A stretch of 64,000 nucleotides of DNA from Turneriella sp. (GTDB lineage: Bacteria; Spirochaetota; Leptospiria; Turneriellales; Turneriellaceae): the NCBI GenBank assembly GCA_965279515.1, contig CBDIID010000003.1, positions 2,368,001 to 2,432,000 of the forward strand, read 5' to 3'. This document shows, one piece after another, positions 39,333 to 49,830 of the stretch. The position numbers and the translations under genes are program-made. Under the pieces are notes generated by a model. The model did not search any database, was not told the origin of the DNA, and was given only the letters and a program-made list of their open reading frames with translations. The first letter of the stretch is position 1, and each line of letters starts with the position of its first letter.

Positions 39333-39578
39333 TTACGACTTCACTTTGCGATTTTTTATCGCAATCCAGATTTCAGGGAAATATGCGCCAATGATGATCA
39401 GCGCGAGGCCAATAAAGGTCGGGGTTTGGAACAGGCTGCGCTCGGTAATGCCGCTTGGACCCAGCTTAAAGGAGCCCCGGTCGAGGGCGATGAAGTTGAT
39501 ACTGAGGCCCCAGCCGATGACCATGAACACCAGTCCCAGAAGGTGCGCGAAGAAGTAGGTTTTGATTTTCTGCCACAT
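39333..39578 (-). CDS. Small two-TM hypothetical protein
   Basis: 81 aa with two hydrophobic helices; co-oriented with cheY. Confidence 0.7.
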   Translation of the reverse strand: MWQKIKTYFFAHLLGLVFMVIGWGLSINFIALDRGSFKLGPSGITERSLFQTPTFIGLALIIIGAYFPEIWIAIKNRKVKS

Positions 39579-39707
39579 AGAATAGGATTCATAACGAGAC
39601 TACCGCTGCAAGCGAAATTGTGCCGGCGCTCCCTGATTGAGACATAATTTGCAACAACCAATCGCCTTTTCACTTGACCCCGCAAAGCTTCACTCCGGGA
39701 TTCCGCC

Positions 39708-40208
39708 ATGCTGCCGGTAAAAGTTATTCATCTCGTAAAGCGGGTCGAACAGATTGACCGTGAAATCGCCGAATTACACCATCTTGTCGACGGTATCGAC
39801 ACGCAGCGGTCGTACCGCAACACGATGAAAATCGCCGCCGAGCAGCAGATCAATAACCTCGTCGGCGAAAAAGTAAAACTCATGGAGCTCAAGATTGAAA
39901 ATCCGCCGGATTTTCTCACTAAGCATGTTTTTGAAAGCGAAGAGAAAAAGATACCGCAGCCACGCGTGCCGCTCGACGCGCTGCTCGGTGCCTCGACCTC
40001 AACCTACGCGCCGCGCCATGAAATTCAGCTGAGTGATGAGCCGGCCGCGCCAAGCAATCCGCTGAAAAATTTTGCCCGCATGATGAACGTGGACGAGATT
40101 CTGCCGCGCACGAACTCTGACACGCAGATTAAACCCCGGCGCACCGAAAAAACCCAGGCAAAAACACGCGCCGAAATCCTACGCGATCTGCCACCGCTGC
40201 AATATTGA
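39708..40208 (+). CDS. Hypothetical protein with N-terminal coiled coil
   Basis: 166-aa ATG ORF filling the gap. Confidence 0.7.
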   Translation: MLPVKVIHLVKRVEQIDREIAELHHLVDGIDTQRSYRNTMKIAAEQQINNLVGEKVKLMELKIENPPDFLTKHVFESEEKKIPQPRVPLDALLGASTSTYAPRHEIQLSDEPAAPSNPLKNFARMMNVDEILPRTNSDTQIKPRRTEKTQAKTRAEILRDLPPLQY

Positions 40209-40237
40209 CGCGGCGCCGGACACCAGAATCCTGACTT

Positions 40238-41908
40238 ATGTTTAAATTTTCCGCGCGCACCGCCCTGGTCGCCGCAATGCTGCTCTGTGCGCCGCTGCTT
40301 ACCGCCGCACCTTACAAAAAGGGAATCAAACTCAACACGTTCTTTCGCATCAGCTCCGCGCCACCCATTGCGTTTCTGGAAAAGCATGGCATTACCATTC
40401 CCGATCTGATTACAGCCGCAGACCTCAAAGGTGAGCGCAACAAAGATCTGGCGCCGCTGCTCAATTCGCTGAAACCGGCAGATTTCCCGTACGCTTTTTT
40501 CTACACCAATGAATTCATGTTCACGCGCCGTTTTCCCGGCATCGTCGGTGTCAAGGTCGACAGCGCAGCATGGATGGCCCTGATCAAGATCGGCGCAGAG
40601 AAAAACCCCGGCGGGCGCACACTGATACGCAACCGCTTCTACAAAGTGCCGCGCGAAGACCTCGTGATGGAAATATTACCCGACGGTATTCTCATGCTAC
40701 CCAGCGAAGAAGCTGCGGCGATGCCTGAAATCAAATCACTCCGGGAACTGCACGATGCCATTGCCACGGATATGGGTATCAACCCCGATGCGGCGGCGTT
40801 TATTGAATACCATGAGAAATCCGAATTCAGCGATTTGACGGAGCGCCTGCGCGCGCTGATGGCCCGCCGTTCGGCCACCCTGCAATCACCGGGCATCGAG
40901 AAGATCCTGGTGCGCCTGATCAAGAACCCTTTCCTCAATGCCATGCTCAGTACGAAGCAGAGTTCACTACGGATCTCCCTCGCAGACGGCGTAACGCTGG
41001 CATCGGAATACACTCTCGGCGCTGCCAGCCACCGCGACGCTTTCATAAAATCGCTCTCTTCGCTGCAGGTGCTGGGCAGCATCGGTACAACTCTGGGTAT
41101 CGCCGCCTGGGAAGCGCGCGCAGGGGGACTTCCCCCTAAAGATGCAAATCTGAAAATCGCGATGGACCTGTTCCAGAAGTTTTCAGACTCGTTCGAACAG
41201 ATTCGTATCAGCGACCGCGAAGGCAAGGTAAGCCTGAGCTGGCAGTTTGTGAACGGCAAAGATATGATTCCGGCGATGCAACTCGCCAGGAGCATGATTG
41301 AAAAGCGCAAGGCCGAACAGCGCAACAGCGAGCGTATCGAGGCGATGCGCGACGAAGTTTGCGCAGCGCTGCAGCAGAAAGATAAAGAAAAATTCCGGGC
41401 GAAGGTGATTGCCTATGCGGAAATACTGCCTGCAGAAGAACACAAAATCTGGCGTATTCGGCAGTCATGCAGTGACGGTTCCGGCATTCTGCTTTCGGCG
41501 CTGGAATTCGGCGGCGAAGACACATTCCTGAAGCTCGTAAAACGACTGAAGTACCATGTCGGCTACGGAGCGATGGTGAACAGTAAAGGCAAAGGGTATC
41601 TGCACATTGCTGTTGAACGCCGCCACGAGCGGGCGTTGAAGCAGCTGCTCGACGACGGCATTCTGACAAACAGCGCCGATGCGGCGGGTAAGACACCCCT
41701 TATCTACGCGATCGAAAGCAAAAATACGGCGACCGTGAAGTTGCTGCTCGACCGTGGGGTACGGGTGTTCGCTGAAGACGACATAACTTTGGAGAAGAAG
41801 ACGCTTGCGGCGGCCGAGGCTTCAGGAAACGAAAAAATCCTGGAAATAATTCGGGCCGCGATTGAAAGCGAGAAGATGCTCCGCAAGAAACACGAGACAC
41901 AAAGCTAA
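40238..41908 (+). CDS. Exported protein with C-terminal ankyrin repeats
   Basis: Signal peptide; GKGYLHIAV and GKTPLIYAI...VKLLLDRG. Confidence 0.82.
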   Translation: MFKFSARTALVAAMLLCAPLLTAAPYKKGIKLNTFFRISSAPPIAFLEKHGITIPDLITAADLKGERNKDLAPLLNSLKPADFPYAFFYTNEFMFTRRFPGIVGVKVDSAAWMALIKIGAEKNPGGRTLIRNRFYKVPREDLVMEILPDGILMLPSEEAAAMPEIKSLRELHDAIATDMGINPDAAAFIEYHEKSEFSDLTERLRALMARRSATLQSPGIEKILVRLIKNPFLNAMLSTKQSSLRISLADGVTLASEYTLGAASHRDAFIKSLSSLQVLGSIGTTLGIAAWEARAGGLPPKDANLKIAMDLFQKFSDSFEQIRISDREGKVSLSWQFVNGKDMIPAMQLARSMIEKRKAEQRNSERIEAMRDEVCAALQQKDKEKFRAKVIAYAEILPAEEHKIWRIRQSCSDGSGILLSALEFGGEDTFLKLVKRLKYHVGYGAMVNSKGKGYLHIAVERRHERALKQLLDDGILTNSADAAGKTPLIYAIESKNTATVKLLLDRGVRVFAEDDITLEKKTLAAAEASGNEKILEIIRAAIESEKMLRKKHETQS

Positions 41909-41952
41909 CGCTATCCGCTTGACAGACCCGGCGGAGTTTATCAGGGTTGCCC

Positions 41953-44900
41953 ATGAGTTTTCTGCGCAGTATCTACCTCGACTATTATACTATCGGGGCG
42001 GTCATTCCGGTAGTTTTCCTCTATATCTGCGCCGCAGCATTCTTCCAGATTAAAGACAAATCGAAAGCCACGAAAACCCTCGCAACAGTGATGTTGGTCT
42101 ACGGCACTTTTGTCGCAAGCTATATCGTCGCCTCCAGTTTCTATCATCCCTATGCCGCCTACCACCGTTGGAATACGGTGATTCTCGTACTTGTGACGAT
42201 CACGATGTTGACCCAGATTTTCTACGAGTTCCCCGTTCCGACCGGTGGCAAAAAACACCGCATACTGTTCTGGATCATGCTCATTGTCAGCATCGGTCTT
42301 TCCCTGTGGTTTATGGCGCAGACCATCGAAGCAAACTACATCTACCATTTCGAGGGCCACTACTACGATTTCGACGCGGACGATGCGAGTTACATCATCA
42401 GCCTGGCGATCTTCGCCCTGGTCTTTATCATGATTGGTTCGGGTGTCTGGCGTATCTGGGCCACCAAAGGACCGGGCCGCTGGTCCGTTTTCGGCATATT
42501 GATCGGGATTATTTTTTCAACCATGGTACCGGCATATCTCAATACTCTCAGCCGTGAGGGCGGTATGGATCGCGGTACCTTCCAGACCGCATTCGACCTT
42601 TTCACCATTTTGGGGATGTTTGTCATCGTCATCATCTTTATTAACAACACCAAAGACAAGACCACTTTTATGGCGAAGATTATTCTCGTCAGCGCCGTGG
42701 TTTTTCTTTTGGTCCTGCAGAGCATCAGCTACTTTTCTTTCCAGGATAAAGAGATCGCATACGACGGGGTCAAGAGCGAACAGGCAAACCGCTTCCGCGA
42801 ATCGGGCGTAGAGCCCGAAGCCATGAAATATGCCGTTGCCTATGACCTTGCAAAGAAAACCATCCAACCGGTAAAGGCCATCGACAAGGCAGAAATCAGC
42901 ACCGAGGACCAAACGAACGGCTACGAGTTTACTTATCTCTGGCAGAAAATATATTATCTGAATGAAGACATTGCATTCAAAGACAATATGGAAAAGGTGC
43001 TGCAATCAGCGCCACAGACTTTTGGCGGCTACAAGGCTGCGCTGTTACCGTTGCTGGAGAAAAAAGAGACCTGCAACAGGACAGCGATTCTCGGCAGAAT
43101 TGCAAAACTGCAGCGGCCGGTGATCCAGCGGCGATACAAACTCAGCAAACTACAGAAATTCCAGTTCCGCGAAAAAGCTATGGCGATGCTCAGCAAATCA
43201 GCGCGCGGCCTTGAAACTTTCAACGAGGCAATGCTTGCCTATCTGAAAGAAAACACCACGGACAACGGTACCGAGCTGAAAAACAAACTGTTGAGTTTTG
43301 TCGAAGAGGTCATTCCCCCCGGTGCGCGCCACTACCGCACGGATAAGAACAACGGCGCACACTATACCGCCTATGTCGGCATCGACTACAAAAACGGCAA
43401 AGTCATCGAAGTGGGTTTCGATTACCTCGATTACCGCAAGTATGTACACCCGTTGGGTTTGAAATACCTGATTCTGCTGCTGGCAGCGATGCTGCTGATC
43501 ATTGTCGGCTTCCCGATTTTCTTCAGCCGGGCGCTGGTTACGCCTCTCAACAGCCTGTTATCCGGGGTAAACCAGGTGAATACAGGCAACCTGGGCGTGG
43601 AGCTGCCGATCTATGTCGAAGACGAGATCGGTTATCTCTCGCGTTCTTTCAACGGAATGGTTTCATCGATCCGCGACTCGAAGAAGAAACTCGAAGAATA
43701 CGCGGAAACACTAGAAGAAAAGGTTAAGGAACGCACGGCAGAGCTGCAAAAGGCTTTCGAAGAAGTCACCGCGCTGAAAAAACAGCAAGACGGGGATTAT
43801 TTTCTGACAAGTTTGCTCACGACGCCACTTGGTGCAAATAAGGCAAACAGCCCGAACCTCAACGTCGACGTGCTGGTAGAGCAGAAGAAAAAGTTTGAAT
43901 TCCGTAAATGGGCCCGCGATATCGGCGGCGACACCTGCATTACCAGCACGGTGACGCTCAAAGGTAAAGCGCACACGGTTTTCCTCAACGCCGACGCGAT
44001 GGGTAAATCGATGCAGGGGGCAGGGGGCATTCTGGTTTTAGGCTCGGTTTTTCACTCGGTCATCGAACGCACTAAACTCTCGCCGAAAGAACAGGATGTC
44101 TTTCCGGAGCACTGGCTGAAATACACTTTTGTGGAACTCCACCGCGTCTTTGAAGTGTTCGACGGTTCAATGCTGATTTCCCTGATTATGGGACTGGTCG
44201 ACGACGAATCGGGCCTGCTCTATTACATCAACGCCGAGCACCCGTGGTCGGTGCTTTACCGCGGCGGCAAGGCTGAGTTTATCGAAAAAGAACTCGCGCT
44301 CAGGAAACTCGGCACGCAGGGCGTCTCGGGTCATATCGAGGTGATGACGCTGCAAATGGATCCCAAGGATGTCATCATCATGGGGTCGGACGGTCGCGAC
44401 GACCTGTTGTTGGGTTATGACGCTGACGGCGCGCGTATCATCAACGAAGACGAGATGCAGTTCCTGAAAGTCGTCGAAGAAGCCGACGGTCAACTCGACC
44501 GCATCCACGAAGTGTTGGAAAACTACGGCGATCTCACCGATGACTTGTCGCTGCTGCGTATCGGCTATAAAGAAGATGTGCACCACGATCACTCGCAGCT
44601 CTCGCAGCATGTAATCCAGCTGCTCAACCGTGCACGGCTCGCCGTAAAGGCCGGACAGCTCAAGGTCGCAATCGGCGATCTCGAAGAGGCGAACCGCATC
44701 GACGACTCACAGCCTGAAGTCATGCGCGACCTGATCAAGGCATACCTCAAGGATAAACAGTTCGAGAAGGCGGCAAACCTCGCCGAGGATTACATCCACA
44801 TCAAACCAGCAGATTCCGAGTTTCTCTACATCGCCTCGTATTGCCACAAGGTGCTGCAGAACTTTAAGAAAGCCGCGGATTTCGGCGAACGCCTGCGCCT

Positions 44901-45084
44901 GCGCGATCACGACATGGTGAAGAACCTGGTGAACCTCGCGGATATTTATTACCTGCAGGGTATTTACGCCCGGTCGCGCACGATCATTGATTTTGCCGCC
45001 AAGCTCGATCCCCATGATATCAAGGTGAAGCGTGTGCTCGAGGCCCTCGCGCGCAAGAACGTGGCGCCGACGCCCGCGACTTAG
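41953..45084 (+). CDS. Membrane HAMP-SpoIIE (PP2C) phosphatase with C-terminal TPRs
   Basis: Multiple TMs, HAMP (EDEIGYLSRSFN), IGGD, NADAMGKS, INAEHP, GSDGRDD, TDDLSLL. Confidence 0.9.
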   Translation: MSFLRSIYLDYYTIGAVIPVVFLYICAAAFFQIKDKSKATKTLATVMLVYGTFVASYIVASSFYHPYAAYHRWNTVILVLVTITMLTQIFYEFPVPTGGKKHRILFWIMLIVSIGLSLWFMAQTIEANYIYHFEGHYYDFDADDASYIISLAIFALVFIMIGSGVWRIWATKGPGRWSVFGILIGIIFSTMVPAYLNTLSREGGMDRGTFQTAFDLFTILGMFVIVIIFINNTKDKTTFMAKIILVSAVVFLLVLQSISYFSFQDKEIAYDGVKSEQANRFRESGVEPEAMKYAVAYDLAKKTIQPVKAIDKAEISTEDQTNGYEFTYLWQKIYYLNEDIAFKDNMEKVLQSAPQTFGGYKAALLPLLEKKETCNRTAILGRIAKLQRPVIQRRYKLSKLQKFQFREKAMAMLSKSARGLETFNEAMLAYLKENTTDNGTELKNKLLSFVEEVIPPGARHYRTDKNNGAHYTAYVGIDYKNGKVIEVGFDYLDYRKYVHPLGLKYLILLLAAMLLIIVGFPIFFSRALVTPLNSLLSGVNQVNTGNLGVELPIYVEDEIGYLSRSFNGMVSSIRDSKKKLEEYAETLEEKVKERTAELQKAFEEVTALKKQQDGDYFLTSLLTTPLGANKANSPNLNVDVLVEQKKKFEFRKWARDIGGDTCITSTVTLKGKAHTVFLNADAMGKSMQGAGGILVLGSVFHSVIERTKLSPKEQDVFPEHWLKYTFVELHRVFEVFDGSMLISLIMGLVDDESGLLYYINAEHPWSVLYRGGKAEFIEKELALRKLGTQGVSGHIEVMTLQMDPKDVIIMGSDGRDDLLLGYDADGARIINEDEMQFLKVVEEADGQLDRIHEVLENYGDLTDDLSLLRIGYKEDVHHDHSQLSQHVIQLLNRARLAVKAGQLKVAIGDLEEANRIDDSQPEVMRDLIKAYLKDKQFEKAANLAEDYIHIKPADSEFLYIASYCHKVLQNFKKAADFGERLRLRDHDMVKNLVNLADIYYLQGIYARSRTIIDFAAKLDPHDIKVKRVLEALARKNVAPTPAT

Positions 45085-45118
45085 CTTACGGCACGTCGCG
45101 CGCTTCGGATGTGACGCC

Positions 45119-45526
45119 ATGTCGATAGCGGAACGCGAGGTGGAACTGCTCGCCGATTTCGAGGTTTTTGACGATTGGGCCGATCGTTACCGGTACCTGA
45201 TCGAGCTTGGGGAGAAACTGCCGCCGCTCGATGATAAGCACAAGACCGAAGCGAACAAAGTGCAGGGCTGCCAGTCACAGGTCTGGCTCGTTTCGAGCAA
45301 AGACGGCGACAGAATTCACTTTGAAGCCGACAGCGACTCGGCGATCACGCGGGGACTCATCGCCTTACTGGTGAAATTATTCTCCGGTGCAAGCTCAGCC
45401 GAAATTGCTTCGGCAAACTTATCATTCATAGAAAAGCTCGGTTTTGCCAAACACCTGTCGATGTCGCGCGCGAACGGCTTTGCCTCGATGATCGCGATGA
45501 TAAAACGCCTCGCCGCAACGCCATGA
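45119..45526 (+). CDS. sufE: Fe-S cluster assembly sulfur acceptor SufE
   Basis: RYRYLIELG, VQGCQSQVW, DSDSAITRGL, LSMSRANG; start moved to ATG 45119. Confidence 0.93.
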   Translation: MSIAEREVELLADFEVFDDWADRYRYLIELGEKLPPLDDKHKTEANKVQGCQSQVWLVSSKDGDRIHFEADSDSAITRGLIALLVKLFSGASSAEIASANLSFIEKLGFAKHLSMSRANGFASMIAMIKRLAATP

Positions 45527-46989
45527 GAAATACTGCCACGGGTTTTGCGGGTTATGTTCTCCTGGTAGCGGCGATCTCACCGCTCTTTGCGCAGCGCAGC
45601 AGTCCTGCAAACGAAGTAAAAGCCAAAGACGATCTGGCGGGAAAAGTTGTCTGGCCCAAAGAATATATTCTTGATATCCACCGTCCCGAGTCGCTGATTA
45701 AAGACGGCAAAGCGTATCTGCCCAATGTCGTGCAGAACCTGATCGCCGACGAACTATCGCTGCAACGCATGGCAATCACACGCGAAAAGGTGCGCCCTGC
45801 CGTGATTGAATATTCAGTACAAAAAGATCATGAGCGCCTGCCCGCCGACGAGCGGGGCGCGCTACTGGCCAAACAACCGAAACCGCCGATACTCCCGCTC
45901 AAGATCGTGCGCAAAACATCAGCAGCAAAGGGAGAGTTTCGCTGCGAAGGCCTAAAAGATGAGTATTACGCCCTTCTGACGCGCATCTCGCCGCGCGGCA
46001 ATCAGCTGAAGCTCGAGGTGCTGCTCTGCCAGGGTGCCCAGGTTCTGCTCAGCCAATCAACGACGGCCGACGAACAAGAGCTCGTCGCCGGGGTAAACCG
46101 GCTCATCAATCCTGTGCGGGCTCGCCTGACGGGAGACCAGTACGCTTCGCTCCATATTGAAACGACACCCACGCGCGCTTCGGTCTATCTCGACGGGCAA
46201 TTCCTGGGTAAAACGCCGCTCAAATACTCCTACCTGATTCCAGGAAAATACGAATTGGTACTCAAGCTCGATCATTTTGAGACATTCCGCGCGCCGGTAG
46301 AAGCGAAGGTGGGTGACACATTCGAGGGAAAGTATAACCTGTTACCTGCGAAAGCCGTCGGCGTCATCGAAGTGGAATCCGATCCCGAAGGGGCAAAGAT
46401 TTACCTCGACGCCGATTACAAAGGGCTCACTCCCCAAAAACTTGAAAACGTCCCGGCGGGCACATACCGCGTCCATGTTTTGCATCCCGAAAAAGGCGAG
46501 GCCTATAAGACTGTTACGGTCAGTGAAAAAACGCCGGCGGCGAAGATTTCAGAAACGCTCAGTGAATTTGCCTTTCAGAAAACCCGGGGGTTCATCGGCC
46601 TGAGCTATAAGACATGGTATTGGATTTCCATTGTGAGCGCTGCCGTCTGCTTCGGCACAGCGATCGGCTTCTACGTGTGGCGCGACCAGGCCCAGGAAGA
46701 TATCTATGCGCGGCTCAGTGGAAAATCCACCACGCTTTATACCCAGGAAGATTATGATTTCATCGCCGACCGCCACAGCGCCGGCAAAACCCGCGAAGGC
46801 TTCGCCACCGGCTTCATGGTCGGGGCTGGCGTACTCGCTCTCTCTTCGATCTACTTCTATGTGCAACATCTGCTCTCGGCCGACGAGGGCATTGTCATGA
46901 AAGAAAAGCCGCGCTCCGAAGGGGATGTAGACATCCGCATCGGCAGCTTCACCGGGCAGACATCGGTTTCGGCAAGTTTCCGGTTTTAA
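45523..46989 (+). CDS. PEGA-domain membrane protein
   Basis: Two PEGA units (TPTRASVYLDGQFLGKTP; SDPEGAKIYLDADYKGLTP), C-terminal TMs. Confidence 0.85.
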   Translation: MRNTATGFAGYVLLVAAISPLFAQRSSPANEVKAKDDLAGKVVWPKEYILDIHRPESLIKDGKAYLPNVVQNLIADELSLQRMAITREKVRPAVIEYSVQKDHERLPADERGALLAKQPKPPILPLKIVRKTSAAKGEFRCEGLKDEYYALLTRISPRGNQLKLEVLLCQGAQVLLSQSTTADEQELVAGVNRLINPVRARLTGDQYASLHIETTPTRASVYLDGQFLGKTPLKYSYLIPGKYELVLKLDHFETFRAPVEAKVGDTFEGKYNLLPAKAVGVIEVESDPEGAKIYLDADYKGLTPQKLENVPAGTYRVHVLHPEKGEAYKTVTVSEKTPAAKISETLSEFAFQKTRGFIGLSYKTWYWISIVSAAVCFGTAIGFYVWRDQAQEDIYARLSGKSTTLYTQEDYDFIADRHSAGKTREGFATGFMVGAGVLALSSIYFYVQHLLSADEGIVMKEKPRSEGDVDIRIGSFTGQTSVSASFRF

Positions 46990-48144
46990 TCAGGTCGCGC
47001 CGAGCGCCCGCGCCGCCGTCACTTCGCTCATCGAGTGGATATTCGGTTTTGCGCCGGGAAACAGAAAATGCGGAATGCGGTTATCGCGGATTTCGAGGTA
47101 TTCATAGGCATCCCAGGTCGCGGCCTTGAGCAGATCGTGCTCTGAAAATTTTCCTTCGCTGAGAATTGCCTTCATTTCGTTGAGTACCGAGAGATCGGTA
47201 TTTGTGGCAAGCGAATCAGTGCCGATCAGCATCTTCAGCGGCGAGTGTTTCAGCGTTTCCCAGTTGGTGCGCTCGATACCGAGATGTTTATTCGAGCGGT
47301 GGCAGATCACCCACGCAGAGTGCGGCACATACTCGCTGAGGCGGTCGATATCTTCGACGCGCGCGGCAGAGAGATGGACGAGAAGAAGTTTTTTGAACGA
47401 GAGCATTCCCACCGAGTGCAGGTACTCTACGGCCGAACGCCCCTGCATCTCCTGGTGCCTGACATGCTGGCCGATTTTCTTCAGAAATTCAGTGATCGCC
47501 CCGCGGTCTTGCTGAAAATCAATCTCGTCGTGGCTCTCGAGTAGGTGGATAGAAACCGAAGTATGCCGGGCCTTTTCGCGCACGAACATCATTTGCAATG
47601 GCGAAGAGCCATATACCGAATGCACGGTCGGGTAGAATGTTGAATCGATATCGAGCAGTTTCTTGGCGCTGACGATGCGTTGCTGGTCGCTGGGCGACGA
47701 AAAGCCGAGCAGTTCGAGATAGCGGTTGCCATTAAACGACGGCAGGTCGCGTAAAAAACGGATAAAATCGGTGCTGTTGCAGATATCGCAGAAAAAAAAT
47801 GTCCCCTGCCCTTCGGCCTTATGGATTGCGTCGACCGCAGCCTGGCGTATATTCTGGCTCGTCATCTGGCCGCGGTTCGCCTGGATGATTTCACCCATCT
47901 GCGTCAAATGGCTGCCATAGGGAATTTTGCCTTCCATGCACGAAAGTTCAATGTGGCTGTGCGCATTGACGAACCCGGGAACGACAACGCCGGGCGGCAG
48001 CACGCGGTGGAAAAATTCCTTGGGCGGTTTACCGAACCCGGAATCGATGACCTGTTTTCCCGAAATGATATACCATGGGTCGGCACGGAACTCAGCGTCA
48101 CGGGTCAATCCCCACTCGCCCCGCACTACCTCAAAGATATTCAT
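46990..48144 (-). CDS. Metal-dependent amidohydrolase/deaminase
   Basis: PGFVNAHSHIELS, HSVY, IHLLES, IGTDSLA. Confidence 0.85.
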   Translation of the reverse strand: MNIFEVVRGEWGLTRDAEFRADPWYIISGKQVIDSGFGKPPKEFFHRVLPPGVVVPGFVNAHSHIELSCMEGKIPYGSHLTQMGEIIQANRGQMTSQNIRQAAVDAIHKAEGQGTFFFCDICNSTDFIRFLRDLPSFNGNRYLELLGFSSPSDQQRIVSAKKLLDIDSTFYPTVHSVYGSSPLQMMFVREKARHTSVSIHLLESHDEIDFQQDRGAITEFLKKIGQHVRHQEMQGRSAVEYLHSVGMLSFKKLLLVHLSAARVEDIDRLSEYVPHSAWVICHRSNKHLGIERTNWETLKHSPLKMLIGTDSLATNTDLSVLNEMKAILSEGKFSEHDLLKAATWDAYEYLEIRDNRIPHFLFPGAKPNIHSMSEVTAARALGAT

Positions 48145-48150
48145 CGCGGG

Positions 48151-49209
48151 CTAAGACAGAGATTCGTGCGCGTGTTTCAACAAGATTTCAGTTGCAGAAA
48201 AATTCACGCAGGCGTCGGTGATCGAAACCCCGTATTCGAGGGAACCTTTGACTGCGCCATCGAGGTGATTGGGCAGTTTCTGGTTGCCTTCGTTGAGATT
48301 GCTCTCGAGCATCATGCCGATGAGATTCGTGTTCCCGGCGCGACGCTGGCCGATGATGCTGCGCCAGACATTTTCCTGCTTCTCAAACTTCTTCTCGGAA
48401 TTGGCATGCGAACAATCGACGACGATCGCGGGATCGACCCCCGCGAGGCTTAACTTTTCCTCAACACGCGCGATGTGTTCGGCTTCATAGTTGGTCATGT
48501 TATTGCCGCCGCGCAAAATCACATGGCCCCAGGGGTTGCCACAGGTCCGCACGACAGCAGTGCGCCCGTTTTCGTCGATGCCCAGAAAACTATGCGCAGC
48601 TTTCGCCGACTGCATGGCGTCGAGTGCAATCTGCACGTTACCGTCAGTGCTGTTCTTATAACCGACAGGCATACTGAGCCCCGAAGCCATCTGGCGGTGT
48701 GTCTGCGACTCGGTCGTGCGCGCACCGATTGCGGCCCAGCTGACGAGGTCGGCAATGTACTGCGGCACAATGGGGTCGAGAAACTCGGTCGCCGTTGGTA
48801 TGCCAAGCGAGACGATCTGCTGCAAAATATGGCGGCCAAGTTTCAACCCTTCCTGCACATCGTCGCTGCCGTCGATGCGCGGGTCTGAGATCAATCCCTT
48901 CCAGCCGGTCGTGGTGCGCGGTTTCTCAAAATAAACACGCATGACGATCTCAAGCTTATCGGCGTAGAGGTCGCGCAGGTTTTTCAGTTTTCCCGCATAC
49001 TCCATCGCCGCCTTTTCGTCGTGGATACTGCACGGACCACAGATTACGAGAAAACGCGGTGATTTCTTCAGAACGATATCGCAGATGCGTTCACGCGCTT
49101 CGAGCGTGAGCCGCGCCATCACGGCATCGGCCGGGTACAAATGCAGAAGCTCCAGGGGCGAGAGCAGCGGCTCAATCGTGCGGATATGGACGCCGGATAT
49201 TTTCGACAT
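48151..49209 (-). CDS. DAHP synthase class I-alpha (AroF/G/H type)
   Basis: GPCSIHD, MRVYFEKPRTTTGWKG, IGARTTESQTHR, VDCSHANS, SITDAC. Confidence 0.97.
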   Translation of the reverse strand: MSKISGVHIRTIEPLLSPLELLHLYPADAVMARLTLEARERICDIVLKKSPRFLVICGPCSIHDEKAAMEYAGKLKNLRDLYADKLEIVMRVYFEKPRTTTGWKGLISDPRIDGSDDVQEGLKLGRHILQQIVSLGIPTATEFLDPIVPQYIADLVSWAAIGARTTESQTHRQMASGLSMPVGYKNSTDGNVQIALDAMQSAKAAHSFLGIDENGRTAVVRTCGNPWGHVILRGGNNMTNYEAEHIARVEEKLSLAGVDPAIVVDCSHANSEKKFEKQENVWRSIIGQRRAGNTNLIGMMLESNLNEGNQKLPNHLDGAVKGSLEYGVSITDACVNFSATEILLKHAHESLS

Positions 49210-49225
49210 GACTCAGGCCAATCTA

Positions 49226-49741
49226 TCAGGCGCTGGTCGCCGCGCGGATCACCGCAAGCGCTTCGGCAGCCGTCGATGCCGCGATGACCTTTTGCCGCAC
49301 CTCGGCTTTATAAAAGACCTGGGCGATCGACGCCATCATCTGCAGGTGTTCCTGCAGCGCCGACTTGGGTGCCACCAGCATCACCACGACATAGGCCTTC
49401 GAGCCGTCGATACTATCGAAATCAAGCCCGTTCTTGATGATCGCGCATTCGGTCATAAACTTGCAGGCACCCGGAATTACGGCATGCGGAATCGCCATCT
49501 GCTCGCCGATACCGGTACTCATCAGTTTTTCGCGCTCGATGAGCTCTTTTTCAATTTCTGCCGCAAGCGCAGGTTCGAGCTTTTCCCTGATGCACAGCGC
49601 CTTGTGCAGGCTGGCGATGAGCTCCCACTTGTTGGTCGCCTGTATCGGCGACAGAATTACCCCGTCGGTCAGCGTGCCCCCGGGGTTTGTCGTGCCGTCG
49701 ATGAGGTGGATGTTCTGTTCGCTCAGCGAATCTTGCCACAC
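49226..49741 (-). CDS. PTS IIA (Ntr/Fru-type) domain protein
   Basis: EREKLMSTGIGEQMAIPHA, FDSIDG, HLQMMA. Confidence 0.9.
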   Translation of the reverse strand: MWQDSLSEQNIHLIDGTTNPGGTLTDGVILSPIQATNKWELIASLHKALCIREKLEPALAAEIEKELIEREKLMSTGIGEQMAIPHAVIPGACKFMTECAIIKNGLDFDSIDGSKAYVVVMLVAPKSALQEHLQMMASIAQVFYKAEVRQKVIAASTAAEALAVIRAATSA

Positions 49742-49830
49742 GCGGAATTATGTCTCGCCGTTTTCACGCGGTCAAGGGATAAAATCAAATTTAAATTGCC
49801 AGAACCGATGAGAGAATTTTTTTCCCCTCG

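Noticed and set aside
39614..39627. Possible sigma54 promoter (GGCAC...GC) upstream of the small membrane gene and cheY
   Set aside because: GG-to-GC spacing is 9 nt rather than the required 10.
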